Assembly (NCBI GenBank): GCA_047967505.1
Contig: CM106538.1
DNA length: 64,000 nt
From: Dipteris shenzhenensis
Taxonomy: Eukaryota
Reading direction: 5' to 3' (one strand)
Positions within the stretch are counted from its first letter, which is position 1, and every line of letters starts with the position of its first letter. Under the pieces are notes generated by a model that was not told the DNA's origin, searched no databases, and was given only the letters and a program-made list of their open reading frames with translations. Below are positions 37,381-51,500 of the stretch, piece after piece. The translations under genes were made by a program, and so were the position numbers.

Positions 37381-39007
37381 AGTATGCCTTCAGAGCTTTC
37401 TCGCTAGCGGCCATGGGGAGTAGCTGAGAGAGAATGACGAGAAGAAAGCGAGGAGAGAGGGGCAAGAGAGCAATGAGGAGTAACAGAGTGGAAGGAGGAA
37501 GGAGGGGAATGATGAGATGGGAGTGGTGTGAGAAGGGATATAGCAGGGGAGAGGTGTGAGACAAAGAAGAGAGGAGGGGAGACTTTAAAGATTGGGGAGG
37601 ATGAAGCGGGAGAAGGGAAAAGCAAAGATTCAAACATACAAAAGGTGAGGAGGATAAAGAGGATAGGGTGATAGGGGATGTGATTGGCACAGATTGTGGA
37701 ATAAAGGAGAGTGGATGCAATAAAATTTCCTCGAATTATCTTTTTGGAATATATTGGCTTGTGCGATGTATATAATTTTTTGAATAGAAGTGAATGTGAA
37801 TGTAGCTTGTTTGTACCCTGAATTCTTTTATAGATCTTGAATGAGTGCCACGATATGATTTGTAATGTGTTTCATATGCTTGTATTTGGTTCTTTTTTTT
37901 CAAACTGATTAAAAATGGAACACCCTCCTCCATGATATTCTTCCATAAACCCCAACCCGGTTCCCCATGTTGTTGTCATTAAGGGACATTGGATAAAGTT
38001 TAACATCAAAGTGCATGCGCGTGGGTGGGGTCCAAACCGATTTCACATGGAGCGGCATTTTCTGAGGGAGGCATAAAACAACCTATAGGATCTCTGTAAG
38101 CTTTGGAGAGACTGCTTTGAGTGACTACTTAGCAAGCAGGACCGCAACTAATAGTCTAAAAAGAGTATAACTATATATTAGAAGAAGTGGAAGATGATGT
38201 CCCGAGTGACCCGTCTAGCATTGAGGAGGAGGAAAGTACCTTAGATAGTAATGCAAAGCAGTAGACCTCCTCCTCTCTTTTGAAATTTTTGAAGAATGTC
38301 TCTTGTGGAGATGAATTTTGTTGAATAATACTATTTTTGCACTTGTTTTTGTATATGAAAACTCTTTTGAAGATAAAATTTGTACCTGAACACTCTTTTG
38401 GATCCAAATTTGGTATATGAATACTCTTTTGGATACAAAGGACTTTCTTTCCACTCAACCAAATCCTGAGGGGCCTACCCCTACGACTACCCTTGGGTGG
38501 ACTTCCCACCATAGGCCAACTCCTCTCGGGCCTACCCCTGCGACTACCCCTCGAGGAACTCCTTTGCTACTAGTAGCCCATGCTCAGCCCATGGCTTCGT
38601 CGAGACTGGCGACGAGTTTGTCGCATCCATGAGAAATGCAGAGGCAACGAGATTCTTCTCTCTCCTGTCCAAAGGACCTCGGCTATTCCCTCTCCTACAC
38701 CCCTTGGGGGTAGATCCAGGACATTGATGGCTTTACCTACTCAACAGCCATCCCCTGTAGCCCCTTCTGGGGGGTCATCACCTTGGCATACCCATCCAGA
38801 AATAGTAAGGGTCAAGGCTATTGTGGTGGCACGAGGGATATAGACGAGTCTATACACTCACATCCCTATAGGTCTCCGCTTCCTCATGAGATGCAATACC
38901 AGTCAGGTGTCTTGGCCTCTCCACACACAAGATGCAACACCCCAGAGACCACTCGCTCCTTAAGTGCTTGCTCCACCCCTTGCTCTAGCTCTACTACTCC
39001 ATCCACC

Positions 39008-39860
39008 ATGAATCCTTCAGACTTTGTTTTTCCCAAGGACCTTTCCTAGAGAGTGAATAGCATTGGGGAGGTTACACAAGACAAGGACGGGAAGGCGGTC
39101 ACAAGATACATGAGGAGGTTTGTGAGCACCCATTTCCCCAATGATTTATTCAAACCTTGGAACCAACAAGACAATAACTACAAGGATGTTTGCATGGATG
39201 CCCTCAATAGACAATTTCCAAATCCTAAAGGGTTTGAGTTTGATCGAAATGCCATGCTTACTTGCATGGGGCAGCTCCTTAGATCTCATAGATATGAACT
39301 AAGGGAGGCTATTAAGGGGGGTAAGCACAAGACAGACTGGGTGGACCCCAAGGAATGGAAAAGAGCGAAGAAGTTTTACAAGGAGAATCTAGATGCGTTT
39401 GAGTCTCAGCGGAGGGTGGCGAGGATATGCCTAGAGACTGTAGGTCCTTCGCACCTCGAGAGCGGTGGCAGACTCGGCAACAAGGCATGGGTGGTAAGTA
39501 TGTATTTATCTTCTACTAAATTTCTAATATGTTCAATCATTCAAATGTCTTGCCATTCATATCTAAGTAATCTGTGATTGGAAAGCCTCTAGACAATGAG
39601 GAGTACAAAAGGGCATTCAAGATTGCAGCCATGCATGGTTTAAGGAGAAGGAGAGAGAAGGAGTCCACATCGATTGGGAAAGGGTGGCGGCGCATCATAT
39701 GAGTATACCCTATTCGTCTTCGTTATTGTTTGACTATCACCATTGTCTTACCATCAACACTTTTAGTTTTTCTAACTTGTTTCATTCTTAGGGAGGCACA
39801 TTTGACCCATCCAAAGATCAGACGAGACCAAGGGCAAGGAGGGTGTGGAGGAGCAATAGT
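39008..39860 (+). pseudogene. Putative CACTA TnpA-like protein remnant
   Basis: ORF 39053-39577 with W..Q, LRSHRYELRE, DWVDPKEWK and a PSHLESGG motif resembling TnpA/PTTA-type proteins. Donor GTAAGT near 39494. Lies just inside the CACTA terminus. Confidence 0.6.
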
Positions 39861-40399
39861 AGGATAGGACATTTAGTGGCTCAATATTCCGGCACTTCTA
39901 CCCTTTTGTAGTAGATTGCCTAGGTGGATTTGCCATTTTGGAGTTCTGCAAATTTTCCATTTTGTAGCACATTACTTCAGGAGATTTACCATTTTGCAGC
40001 ACATTGCCATTACTTTGTAGACTTTCTTTACAAAATTGTAATGTGTAAACCTCCGCATTTGTAACATTTATTTGTGATTTTAATCGAAAGAAAAGATTGT
40101 GTGGGACAGGATGGGACTGAAACAGGCCCCATCCTACCCCACTTAATTTTTTTTTAGCTTCTATAAAAACATTTGTATTGACACTACACTATATCGATGC
40201 CCATACCGACACTCTCAGCAGGTGTATTTTATCGACAGTGACATCGACACCCACACCGACAGTTTCTTTGCAACGTCTACAAAGACGGACATTTCCAACA
40301 CTTTCCACTTGTTTTATCAAAAAATTCTTCATATTTAGCATCGGTATCGGTGTCAAAAAGCGGCCTGTGTCTTGTAGTGAATCCTTTTAAAACCTAAAA

Positions 40400-41500
40400 T
40401 TCATATAGGAAGTTTGGTTGATACTTGAACTTTTGAGACATTACCCCATACACACTAACCAATGCAATTCACCAAAAGAACTTATAACTAAGGCCTCTTT
40501 GGCTACCTCATCATCAATTTTTCTATGCTTGTCAAGTCAGTGATATTCTCTAACAAGCCTTATGCAATTAAAGGTCATCTCATTTGGAGAGATTCCCTCT
40601 TGTTCTATCTATCCAAAATAGTTCCAAGCTTAGTGAACCTCTCAAATTCGAAGCACTTCCGTGCCTCAGCTCATGCACCAAATTTGGCATATATATCTAG
40701 ATATTATATTGGACATCAATTTAGAGGCCCCATTCAATGTCCAAGCATCCAATAATGCATCCCAATCTTGAGATCTACTTCAAGTAAAGGTGATCTCATT
40801 TGAAAATAACCTCTCAAATTAGGATGCAATCATATTAGTTTAAATTCTTTCCTCAATAAGGAAGCGTGTTAAGCACTTTTTGTGCTTGAGTCAATGCACC
40901 ACAATTGGCATCTACTCAAAACATGTCAAATGTTTTTGAACCTACCTAAGACCTGAATCTAGTCAAGCAATTGATGTACAAAATTAGTTTTATAGCACAT
41001 CAAATACTTTAGTACAACCTTAGCCCTTTGTCAATTACCCATATTCTCCAATAGTCAATTACTTTTCTTCTCCTATAGGCATTAAAGTTGCGAGTACATA
41101 ATTTAGAAACAAGGCTTTATTTTGCATCTGCTCAAAATAGCTCACAGTTTCTTTAACCTACTGAAAGCAAGAAGCTTTTCAAGTACTTGTTGAGCTTGGC
41201 CGATTGAACCACTTTTGGGTTAGATACCTACAAAATCATTTACAACCACAACATTTCTTGGACTGTACTAACAATTCTTATATATCCTCTTGCATGTTGG
41301 AAATCTTACAAATATTAGTCGTATAGGCATAGGCTAAAGTAACTTCATGTAGTGAACATCATAGTGTTTTGAGAGAGGCCTTTACTTCTATTCAAAATAA
41401 CTCCTCTTAGGAATACATGATATTGAAAATTCTAACTTGAATAGGAATCTCATCGATCATTGTCCACATCATATTTGACATACATAGAGCATACACATCT
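40400..41500 (-). pseudogene. Possible very old Copia pol remnant
   Basis: Weak motif remnants only (MWTMIDE near 41460, VHQ near 40975). Confidence 0.25.
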
Positions 41501-41919
41501 ATAAAAGATTTTACCTAGCCATCTCATGATGAATTAATGAAGCACTCAGCAAGTGAACCACATTTTGCTCACTACATCCATTAAAATAGTCTCATACTTC
41601 CTCGCCCTTTGAAATTAAACCTAGGATACGCTATGTCTTGAACAAAAATCTTATCATGCACTTGATGCACGACATCCAGTTGCACATCTTATACTTGCAG
41701 TCATTTCCAATGATTCTGTTTTCCCATTTTAATCACTCCTCCACGATTTTCGCTAGAATAATTTCAGTCATGCCAGAAGAAAATTTGTGAGCGCAAAGTT
41801 CAAAGGATCCACGTCAACGCCACAAATGGGAAAAGTGGATCGCTAAAATAAGTGGGGTGAATTAACACGCCGCGTTGACAAAGTAACATCACCCCACTGA
41901 TTACGCGCCTGCCAGTGCA

Positions 41920-41925
41920 TATAAA
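41920..41925 (+). promoter_or_regulatory. Probable TATA box of the nsLTP gene
   Basis: TATAAA about 110 nt upstream of the ATG at 42031. Confidence 0.55.
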
Positions 41926-42030
41926 GGTCGCTCCTGGGTTCGTTTCTATCGATTGCCCTTTCATAGCTACTACCCATTCCAGTACTCCCACTGCTGGTGC
42001 TGCTTGTGTCAAAACGACGCTGATTGCAAT

Positions 42031-42333
42031 ATGGCCAACATCGCGATCTTCGACCGTGCCACCCTCGCCTTCCTCGCCCTCCTCCTCCTCATCTCCACCT
42101 CCACTACCCACGCCACTATCTCCTGTGACACCGTCAAGTCCAAGCTCGGCCCCTGCCTTCTTTTCCTCTCCCGTGGCTCCCCTGCCCCTGCCAAATCCTC
42201 GGCTTGCTGCATCAACCTCTTTAAGCCATTCATTTATGAGGCTGCTAGGTGTGAGATCAGAGAGTCATCAAGTTGGGTTTCAGATCAAACAGTCATGTAC
42301 AACTCGAAGCATCTTCCTTGTTTCATGGCATGA
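42031..42333 (+). pseudogene. Non-specific lipid transfer protein, N-terminal half only
   Basis: Signal peptide MANIAIFDRATLAFLALLLLISTSTTHA, then TISCDTVKSKLGPCLLFL..PAKSSACC (Cys1, Cys2, Cys3-4 of the 8-Cys motif). CxC and proper terminal Cys are absent, and GC content drops after ~42220. Confidence 0.8.
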
Positions 42334-42660
42334 CTCTAATTATTTATTTTTCCTTTTAGTCTCGAGCATTTTCTAAACGACAGAAGCTTAGAAATGACAG
42401 CTGAAAGGGTAATGCACTACTTAAAAGAGTTTCCATGTAAACATCGAAGCTTTTAACAAAAGCTTTTATGTGAATCCACATGTTAGCTTACATGTTTAAT
42501 AAGTGCACTCTCTGGTAGTTTAAGTACTATGCTTTAGATCAGTATGGATAGTTTAAAGTCTTAAGTCAAAAGACTTGAAATGATGTAACAAGCACACAAA
42601 GGATGGGTACAAACTTTGCAAGATCCCCTAAAAATCTATTGTTTGTGAAAGAGGATGAGT

Positions 42661-43076
42661 TCAGAAGTCATGACCAACACTTTGTCCTTTTTCAGAAGGT
42701 GGTACACCACATTGCATCTGCAGTTCCTTGAACCTTTCTACATTGAAGTGCCTATTTTCATAAGCTTCCTTTGCTTGGAAAAAACAAGTGTACACATCAA
42801 ATCTTGAAAAGATGGATTTCTAGAGGTAAGAATGAAATACAAAAAACCAGCTATGAGGCCAAGAGATGATACAAAGAATGCAATGGGTTCCATCAAATCC
42901 CATGAGAACTCCTAGAAAGTGAGGCGAAAGAAAAGTAAGGTCTGCATTATGACGAGCACCAGAGCTATCCAGAACATTTTGCGCGCTTTCCTTAGTGCGA
43001 TTCTATCAATCTCTTCTTTCTCCTTTTGCACACCGCTCACAGTCCTCTCCTAATTGCAAGGTTATCCTCGCAGTTT
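42661..43076 (-). pseudogene. MCU: Mitochondrial calcium uniporter C-terminal fragment
   Basis: QKEKEEIDRIA..FWIALVLVIMQTLLFFRLTF*EFSWDLMEPIAFFV..YFILTSRNPSF..KQRKLM/RHFNVERFKEL. WDxxEP pore motif at 42885-42902, in-frame TAG at 42912-42914, one frameshift. Confidence 0.9.
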
Positions 43077-44164
43077 CTAGCAATCATATAGTTTCAACAT
43101 GAAAACAAATGGAAGATGAATACACAAGGCAACTAAGACTTACCAGGCAAAGACGATTGAGAGAATAGCACCAAGACAATAGCAGGTGATAGCGATAGAG
43201 AAAATAGCACTAGGAGCAGTCGTTGCCGCTATGGCGATGGTGAAACAGGAACAATAGCAAGCTTTGATGATCGCAATGACATGAAATTTCAAAAGAAGGA
43301 AATCTAGTAGGGTGGATGACAAAACAGAGCAAGACGGCGATTTGACTGAACAGAGCGAGAAGGCAGTTCGACGAGACAATGGGAAGCAAAGTTTGATTTG
43401 GAGGGAGTTTCTTGAATCAATAAAAAATGAAAATGAAAATATAAACCTGAACCTGACACATGGCTTCACCAGAGGGCAGATTTCCTTTTTATGTCACAAT
43501 GCTACTTGCCTAAAGAAAATGAAAGGTAGACTATTGCGTGCCTTTTCCATTCGCTACGAACTCTAAAGAATCTTAAATGCAACGTATCTTTATGTCTCTT
43601 TGATTACTTCTTCAATGTGTATGCCCATAATAATAAGACAATACGTAGCATCATACTAGGGGTGCGTCCTACAGTGACTACGAAAACTCAAGACCGCATC
43701 AAGCTATCCACACAATAAGCCCACTTATCACGCTAGCATAAAAGTAGCAGGTAGAGACCAAAGCAGAGCCATGATAACCCATTAACCAACGCGGTCTTGT
43801 ATAAATAGTAATTTCTTTTTCAGTTCAATATTAGTTATTTTTTGCTACTTTCTCTAAAACAACATGCGAGACATACAATCTCTTGTGTTAGACCATATTC
43901 TATTCTATTGTGCCTTTTGCCTTGACGGAGTTGAAGAAACATGCGAGACAATATATGCAGCAAGCAGACTCTCTTGACACGTTACACAGAAAACAAATCA
44001 TATGGATCAGATATGTGCAATGTATATTGTCTATGAATGGCTTAGTAGGAGTAAGATTCACCATTTCAGCCACAAGAAGTGCTTCCAAACTAGAAAATTC
44101 ATGCATATTTGCTAGATAGAACTAACCATTTTGTCCTCTTTGTCTAGAGAATTGTATTTGCTAT

Positions 44165-44500
44165 ATAGCTATCTAGGAAATGTGAGCCTTTATATGGAGA
44201 ATCAACTAGAATTTTCCTTTCTTATATAGGAAATTTGAGTACCTATATTGTGCTATCTAGTAAATGTGAGTTTGTATATGGAGAATAGATTGGATTTCAA
44301 GTTTGTTATATAGTGAATTATATTTCCCATATTGTACAAGTATAGTGCTATGTAGTAAATGTGAGTTTTTATATGGAGAATAACGTGAATAGTTTGCTAT
44401 GTAGGGAAGTGTATTTCCTATATAGCCCAAGTATGTTGCTATTTAGGAAATGTGAGTTTGCATATGGAGAATGAAGTAGCATCTATAATTCCTATATAGA
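44165..44500. repeat. Degenerate ~85-95-bp tandem repeat, 4 copies
   Basis: GCTAT.TAG.AAATGTGAG..T..ATATGGAGAAT at ~44168, 44252, 44347 and 44438. Confidence 0.8.
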
Positions 44501-46649
44501 AAATGAGGTTTTTATCAAGCAAATTGGAGAGAATGTATCTATCTATTACTTATTAACCATGGACAAAGGAAAAAAGAAGCAAGGACACTTGGCAACTTGG
44601 AGACCAAGAGCATGCCATATATCCAAAATTTGAGCCTTTGGACCTTTGAAACTACTCTCCTTCATTTGAGAATTTTGAATTGGAAATGATGCTTGAAACT
44701 ACCTTCACAATTTTTGAATTTGAAGCAATGCATACCTCATGACTGTTTACAAAAACTGACGTTTTAATAGTTAATAAATTATTTGAAACTTTGCAAACAT
44801 TAAGCAGCAGTCTTTTGTGAACACTCCCTATGCTTGGACATGTGTGCATGTAACCAAGATAGACCAACAACATGTCCATGTGGCACTTAGCTCAGATGTG
44901 AACTATACGAGTGGCAGCTTCCTTTTCTTTTCAACATCTCAAGGTTTCCTCTATCTTAGACACTAGATATGCCACAATACATGATTCATGCAATTCAATC
45001 ACATCCGTCCATAAAATTGACCAAGGTTGGATGCATCTACATCTATTTATGACCTTCAAGGGACAAAACATGAATTTCGTAAGAGATATAACTAGATTAC
45101 ATGGTTTTTGCAAGAAATATAACTACATTCAAGGATGATTCCTTGATGATTCACGTTTAAAACATGCATACTTTGACTGAATATCTAGTGTTGTAATGAT
45201 TTACATTTTGAATGTGCATAATGCAACTTCATACCTTAATCCAATTCTACAGTGTCATTCAAGATCCTATTCAATCTGCCTTGTATCACAAATAGTAGAG
45301 TCTTCTAGCTTGTCACCATCATATTTTAAGACTTCCTTGTTAGGTTCTAAATCCAAAATGCATGCATTTAAATCAATTTGGATTTGATTATTGTATCTTT
45401 GAGGGCCCAAAACACACAATGGTATTTGTGGCTTCATTGGTCTAGAAGGCGATGAGGATGAGCTAAACACAAGCCTTCTAGTTGAGGTCCAGACCTCAAC
45501 TTACTACAAGCCCAAACAAACTCGCAGTTGATCTCCTCGATTGACTAAGTTAAAATATAATTGAGGGCTATCTAAAGAATTCCTCACATAATTTTTCCTA
45601 GGAAGAAATAAAACTACTTTAAACTAAACCCTGTAGAGGGTGCTAGAGGATGATGCTCATATTGGCATCAAGGAAGACCGGCTTACAGCTATGTGTTACA
45701 TCAAATACACATTTTGTGATTGGTGCATTTGATCCAAGATGAGCTATTAGGTCCATAATCTCAAAGTTTTGTCTTCTAAGCCTAGGTATAGCAAAAGGTT
45801 AGACATGGAATCTAAGAACATTGATGATTATGTAAAGCACTAAATCCCACTTTGCATGAAGGTTTATTAATGATCAAAGTCAAGTCTTTTAGTTGAGGAC
45901 TCAAACTCCTATTCAAGTGGGGAAATTAGTTATGTCCATGGATACCTAAACAATAGCAAGGGTCATTCTAACCCTTACTTTTTCCTATTACCACAACAAG
46001 GGTCATAGTAACTCGCTTGTTCTTTCAAGTATGACAATGTCCACAAAGACCAGTCACCTCTAGAGTTGAGAGCAAACTACTTGTTGTTTTATAACTTTGT
46101 TGATAACCAATGTCTTTGGCAATTGTAACAATCAACCAGCAAGCTTAAGTCTTTATAGAGGAATCTCTTTCGTTAGCAAGTCATACTCCTTAGTATAGAG
46201 TGAAGGTAAAAAAAGAGTAAAAAAAGAAGCTTTGAGGGATGATAGAATAGATTTCAATATCTCTTCTAGATGTGCAAATTCATCCCTCCAAGTTGCTACT
46301 ATTTTTGTTGTAGATTTTGACAATTTGGAGGTCTTAATGGTTGATCAAGTCAACTAGAAATTGGGGCCTTTGACCTTGACTAAAAGTTTTCAGTATATTT
46401 ACTCTTCTTGAGCATTAGAACTCAGTTATGGAACTCATGGGTGTCATTGTACTTTGCATTTATGGAGATGACTTAGTGGTGTATGTAGCATATCTTATGA
46501 TGTATGCAACTTCATTGCATCCATATGGGGATGATATGATGATTGTGCTCTCAAATAATATGTTCTCAAATTCTATATTTTTTATTCTATTTGTCAAACC
46601 TTGTAATGCATTAGACACTACCCATGTGGTAAGACCTTGCCTAGAACTA

Positions 46650-47900
46650 GATACTTTGCTTCACATTGACAGAAAGATTATGCTTTGATATACTGAGAAG
46701 ATACACAAAGAAGGAAAGCTTTGCTTCATTGACACCAAACCACAATGAAATGGACAAGCAAGTTTATGATTCTGATACAACAGTGGCTTGGAAATGGGGA
46801 TGGAAAAGGATTGCTATCAAGGGGGGAATATTCCCCACATCTCCAAAATATTAGAATTTTTGTGTGTGGTCAATAAGTGTTCTCTACCTTGGGATGTCCC
46901 CCTTAAATGATTGTTAGTCTCATGTGTGAGATTTACCTTGTCAGACATATGGGAACTTCCCATACATAGTCATGGTTCAATCTCCCAATTGTAAACCAAG
47001 AGACCAAATTCAAAGTGAGATCATGTTCGGGTGAGGTTGCCCAAAAGAGTGTACTGTTGATAAAAGTTTCAAATCCTGGTGAATGTTCCAAACATTTATT
47101 TTTATTATGGGATACAAACTTTCTACACCAATATAAAAGTTTCGCTTCTTAATGAAACTAACATGAAAAAATCATCCTTGGAAAGGGCCAAGCATGGGAA
47201 GTGCTAATATGGCTTCTTGGACTACCGAGAGGGATGTTTGGAGGGAATATGCAAGGCCGGGTGAAGGTGGTTACAGTTTGACTCAATGCACCCTATTTCA
47301 AAAGATGGTGCAAAAATGATGGAATCCAAGCCCACAACTCTCTTCACTATCCTGGTCATATATAGATTGACAATGGTGGGAATATTGTATAGAGATGGAT
47401 GTACAAATTATGTAGTCTTGGCATGATCATCTTGGACATTTCTTTGAGGACAGGATTGAGTATGTCTCTATTGTTAAGGAGACCTCTATTGTTCAAGAAT
47501 AGAGAAGGGTTGTTTGCCTATCCTAGAATCAAGGAATTAGTCAAAGATATGCAAGCATGGAGATGGTGGGAAGAGTGGAGCATTCATGCCTCATCTGCAA
47601 GCCATGGCCATGAAAGTATTATCACAACCTTGTAGCAACTCCTTTAGTGAACGAAACTGGAGTAGCTATAAGTTTGTGCATTTTGTCACAAGGAGTTGCT
47701 TCACATCAGAGAGATTAGAGAAATTTGTATACCTCTATGATGCAAATGGTAGAGTGTTGGGCAATGTAAAAGGGCAGTGCACTGATGGTGATATGCCAAA
47801 GTTGGTACACACAGATCTCCAAGGCCCCTTTCATGATGTTCCTATGCTTACACATCCTGAACCAAATTCTAGTGATTTAGAAGAAGAGGTGGTTGCATGA
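46650..47900 (+). pseudogene. hAT transposase remnant (C-terminal dimerisation domain)
   Basis: AWRWWEEW..MPHLQAMAMKVLSQPCSNSFSERNWSSY..VH...R...ERLEKFVY at 47555-47740. Upstream part is heavily decayed and its boundary is uncertain. Confidence 0.8.
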
Positions 47901-48572
47901 TGTACATTGGTATGTGCTAATAAGTTCTGTGAAGCACTCTACACAATGAATGCACTCTGCAAATATGCATGTTGACTATGCAATGATCATCCATGAATAC
48001 ATGTTTTGCACGTCCTTGCTTGCTCACATTGAGTTTGCAAATGGATGAGCACTTTTTCTATTTTCACGCTACAATGCAATCTTTCATCGTTCTTTTTTAT
48101 CATCGTTTTATAATGCAATTCATTTAAAATACAAATGAGATCTTGTGGTTTAGTGTTCTTTTTATCATCATTTGTTAATGCAACTCATTTAAAATGCAAA
48201 TGAGATGTTACAATTTATCGTTCATTTTTATATTGTCATCATACATATATGTCCTTACAGTGCACCTGATGACTTGGGTCATTGTTTGCATGGGTGTAGC
48301 CATTTTTGGTGAGGTTCAGGGACTTTTCTATATATAGATATCTTGCATGACCCATAACTTATGCATTGCTCAACGGAATTCGGCAAACTTTGTCTTCAAG
48401 TTGTAGTGCACATTCTAACTTGAACATGAGAGCAAAAGTTATGGAATAAGTATTTGGAACGAGACTATTAAAGCATTACGAGTGCTATGTTGCATGTGAA
48501 GCATGCATGCTGAAAACTATAGGATATAGTAATTTATTCAAAAACATCAAAATTTTGTTCTATACATACATG

Positions 48573-51500
48573 TGAGAGTGCTCTCAACGGAAGCAAGAAT
48601 GGAAGAAGGAGAGAGAGAGACAGAGAGCCACACAAGTTTTGGTGGGTGCAGAACCACCCTAATCTTCTTTTTCATTCATTTATATATGTGTTTGAGTATT
48701 GTACATAACTGGGGTTAAGGCACAGTGACCTTTAACCCCCACAACCTCCCACTTAAAGGACAATGTGCCTTTAAGGGAGAACAACCAGTGAGCATACTAT
48801 CCAATGCCCATCAATACACGACAATACTCAAACCGCTGACTAGGTAGACTCTTCGTCAGCATATCTGCAGGGTTATCATCTGTATGAACCTTGACAAGCT
48901 CTATGCGCTTGTCCTCAAGTACCTCCCTGATGAAATGATACCTGACCTCAATGTGTTTGGTCTTTGCATGAAAGACCGGATTCCGTGCTAGCTGAATAGC
49001 ACTCATGGAATCACTATGCAATGTCGGTACACCTGTATGAATCCCCAAATTTCCCACTAGCCGATCAAGCCATATAGCCTCCTTGCAACCCTCTGTGGCT
49101 GCAACATACTCAGCCTCTGTGGTAGACAAAGCAATGCACTTCTGTGCACGAGACATCCACGACACTGCACCACCTGCAAAGGTGAACACATAACCAGAAG
49201 TGGATCTCCTACTATCCACATGCCCTGCATAGTCTGAATCTGTGTACCCAAGTACACGCATGTCTCCTTTACCAAAGCAAATGCACATCTCCTTGGTACC
49301 CTTCATGTACCTCATGATGCACTTAACTGCCTCCCAATGCCTCTTTCCTGGATTAGCCATATACCGACTAACAACTGCCACTGCAAATGCAATGTCTGGT
49401 CTAGTAGCTATCATAGCATACATAAGACTCCCAACTGCTGATGCATAAGGAACCTTGGCCATCATGGCCCTCTCCTCATCTGATTTGGGACTATCTGTAT
49501 GACTCAGTTTCACATATGGAGGCAATGGAGTACTCACTGCCTTCCCCCCCTCCATATTGAAACGCTGCAATACTTTTGTAACATACTCTTTTTGTGAAAG
49601 CCAAAGGAGTTTCCTACTCCGATCACGCGTGATGCGCATACCAAGAATATGACCTGCAAATCCCAAATCCTTCATATCAAAGGCCTCATGCAACTTGGCC
49701 TTTAATGCATCTAGCTCATAAGTATTCTTGCTAGCCAATAGCATATCATCCACATATAGTGCCAGGATTATCAGGCTACTATCCTTAGCCCTTTTAGTGT
49801 AGAGGCAGTGATCAATTTCACTCCTTCTAAAACCCTGGGACCGAATGAAAGCATCAAACTTTTGATACCATTCTCTAGGTGCTTGCTTAAGACCATAGAG
49901 ACTCTTTTTCAGCTTGCAAACTAAATGCTCTTTGCCCTTTTCTTCAAAGCCTTCTTGCTGCACCATGTAAATTTCTTCATGCAAATCCCCATGCAAGAAA
50001 GCTGTCTTGACATCCATTTGCATAAGCTCCATATCCTCTACTGCCACTAGTCTAAGGATGCATCTAAGTGTGGTCATCTTCACAACCGGAGAGAATATCT
50101 CATCAAAGTCCACACCCTTCTCTTGCTTGAACCCTTTAGCAACCAAACGGGCCTTGTACCTAGGCACATCATCACCTGTGACCTTCATTTTGTAGACCCA
50201 TTTACATGGCAATGCTTTCTTTCCATGTGGCAAAGAAACCAAGTCCCAAGTCTTATTCTTCATAAGTGAACTCATCTCTGATTGCATAGCATACTCCCAC
50301 TTGCATTGATCCTCATGCATCATAGCCTCTTTGTAGCAAGAAGGCTCCCCGCAATCAGTAAGCATCACATAGTCTACCCCTGGAACAAACCTATCAGGCG
50401 GTCTAGACACTCTAGATGATCTTCTCAAGGGCATTTCAGCTTGCTGTCCCACTTGCATATCAGCCACATTTAGCTCATCATTTCCACCAATAGATGATCC
50501 ATCATCTACCCTTGATTGTATACCTGTGGGAGTACTTGGTGGCACCATTTCTTGCACATTTGGTGCATGGACAGCTTGCTGTCTATCAACATATGCAGGT
50601 GGATTCACATCCTGGAAAGTGATTCTCCTCATTTCCACATCCCTCATGGGTGCCTTATGCATCTTCTTCTCATTGAAGACCACATCATGGCTGCGTATGA
50701 TCTTCTTTGCTTCTGGATCCCAGAGACGATAGCCCATCTCTCCACTTTCACCATAACCTAGAAAGATGCATTTCCTAGACTTAGGATCTAGCTTCTTTCG
50801 AAGCTCTTTTGGCACATGTGCATATGCCTCACACCCAAATATACGCAAATGAGAGTAAGAGGGCTTCTTGCCACTCCATGCCTCTTCAGGAATACCACCA
50901 TCCAAACTCTTACTAGGTGATCTATTGATCACATGCACTGCAGTCTTCATTGCCTCAGCCCAAAAACCACCAGAAAGACTTGCATTGGAAAGCATGCATT
51001 GCAACCTTTCTTGAATGGTATGGTTCATCTTTTCTGCAACTGGATTTTGCTCTGGAGTACGAGGGGATGTGAGCTCCCTCTTAATCCCACGTGTATCACA
51101 GAAATGCTGAAAGTCATGAGAGACATACTCTCCACCATTGTCAGTCCGTAGGCATTTAAGCATTCTACCTGACTGATTCTCAACCAAGGCCAGCCATTTC
51201 TGAAATACCTGGAATACATCACTCTTCTGAGCTATAGCATAAGCCCACACTTTCCTAGTTGCATCATCAATGAATGTCACATAGTATTCGGCCCCGCCTA
51301 ATGACCGTGTAGGCATGGGACCACATACGTCTGAATGCACCAAATCAAGCATTTCAAACTCTTTCTTTCCCCTTCTTTTATGGGCTGATTTAGTCTGCTT
51401 CCCATAGAGACAATGCTCACAAAATTCAAAATCAGAGAAACTCAAATGCGGTACATAACCCAAACGGCATAAGAGTTTCATTCCATTCTGGCTCATGTGC

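Larger units (their letters stand above)
33260..40379. mobile_element. CACTA (En/Spm) transposon, left end missing
   Basis: Terminus CTTGTAGTG ending at 40379 (reverse complement CACTACAAG). ACCGA-type subterminal motifs at 40190-40355. TnpD and TnpA-like remnants. Confidence 0.8.

Noticed and set aside
35285-37720. Long S/L/F/P-rich and R/E/G/K-rich ORFs, including the 390-aa ORF
   Set aside because: Artefacts of polypyrimidine/polypurine composition lacking stop codons.
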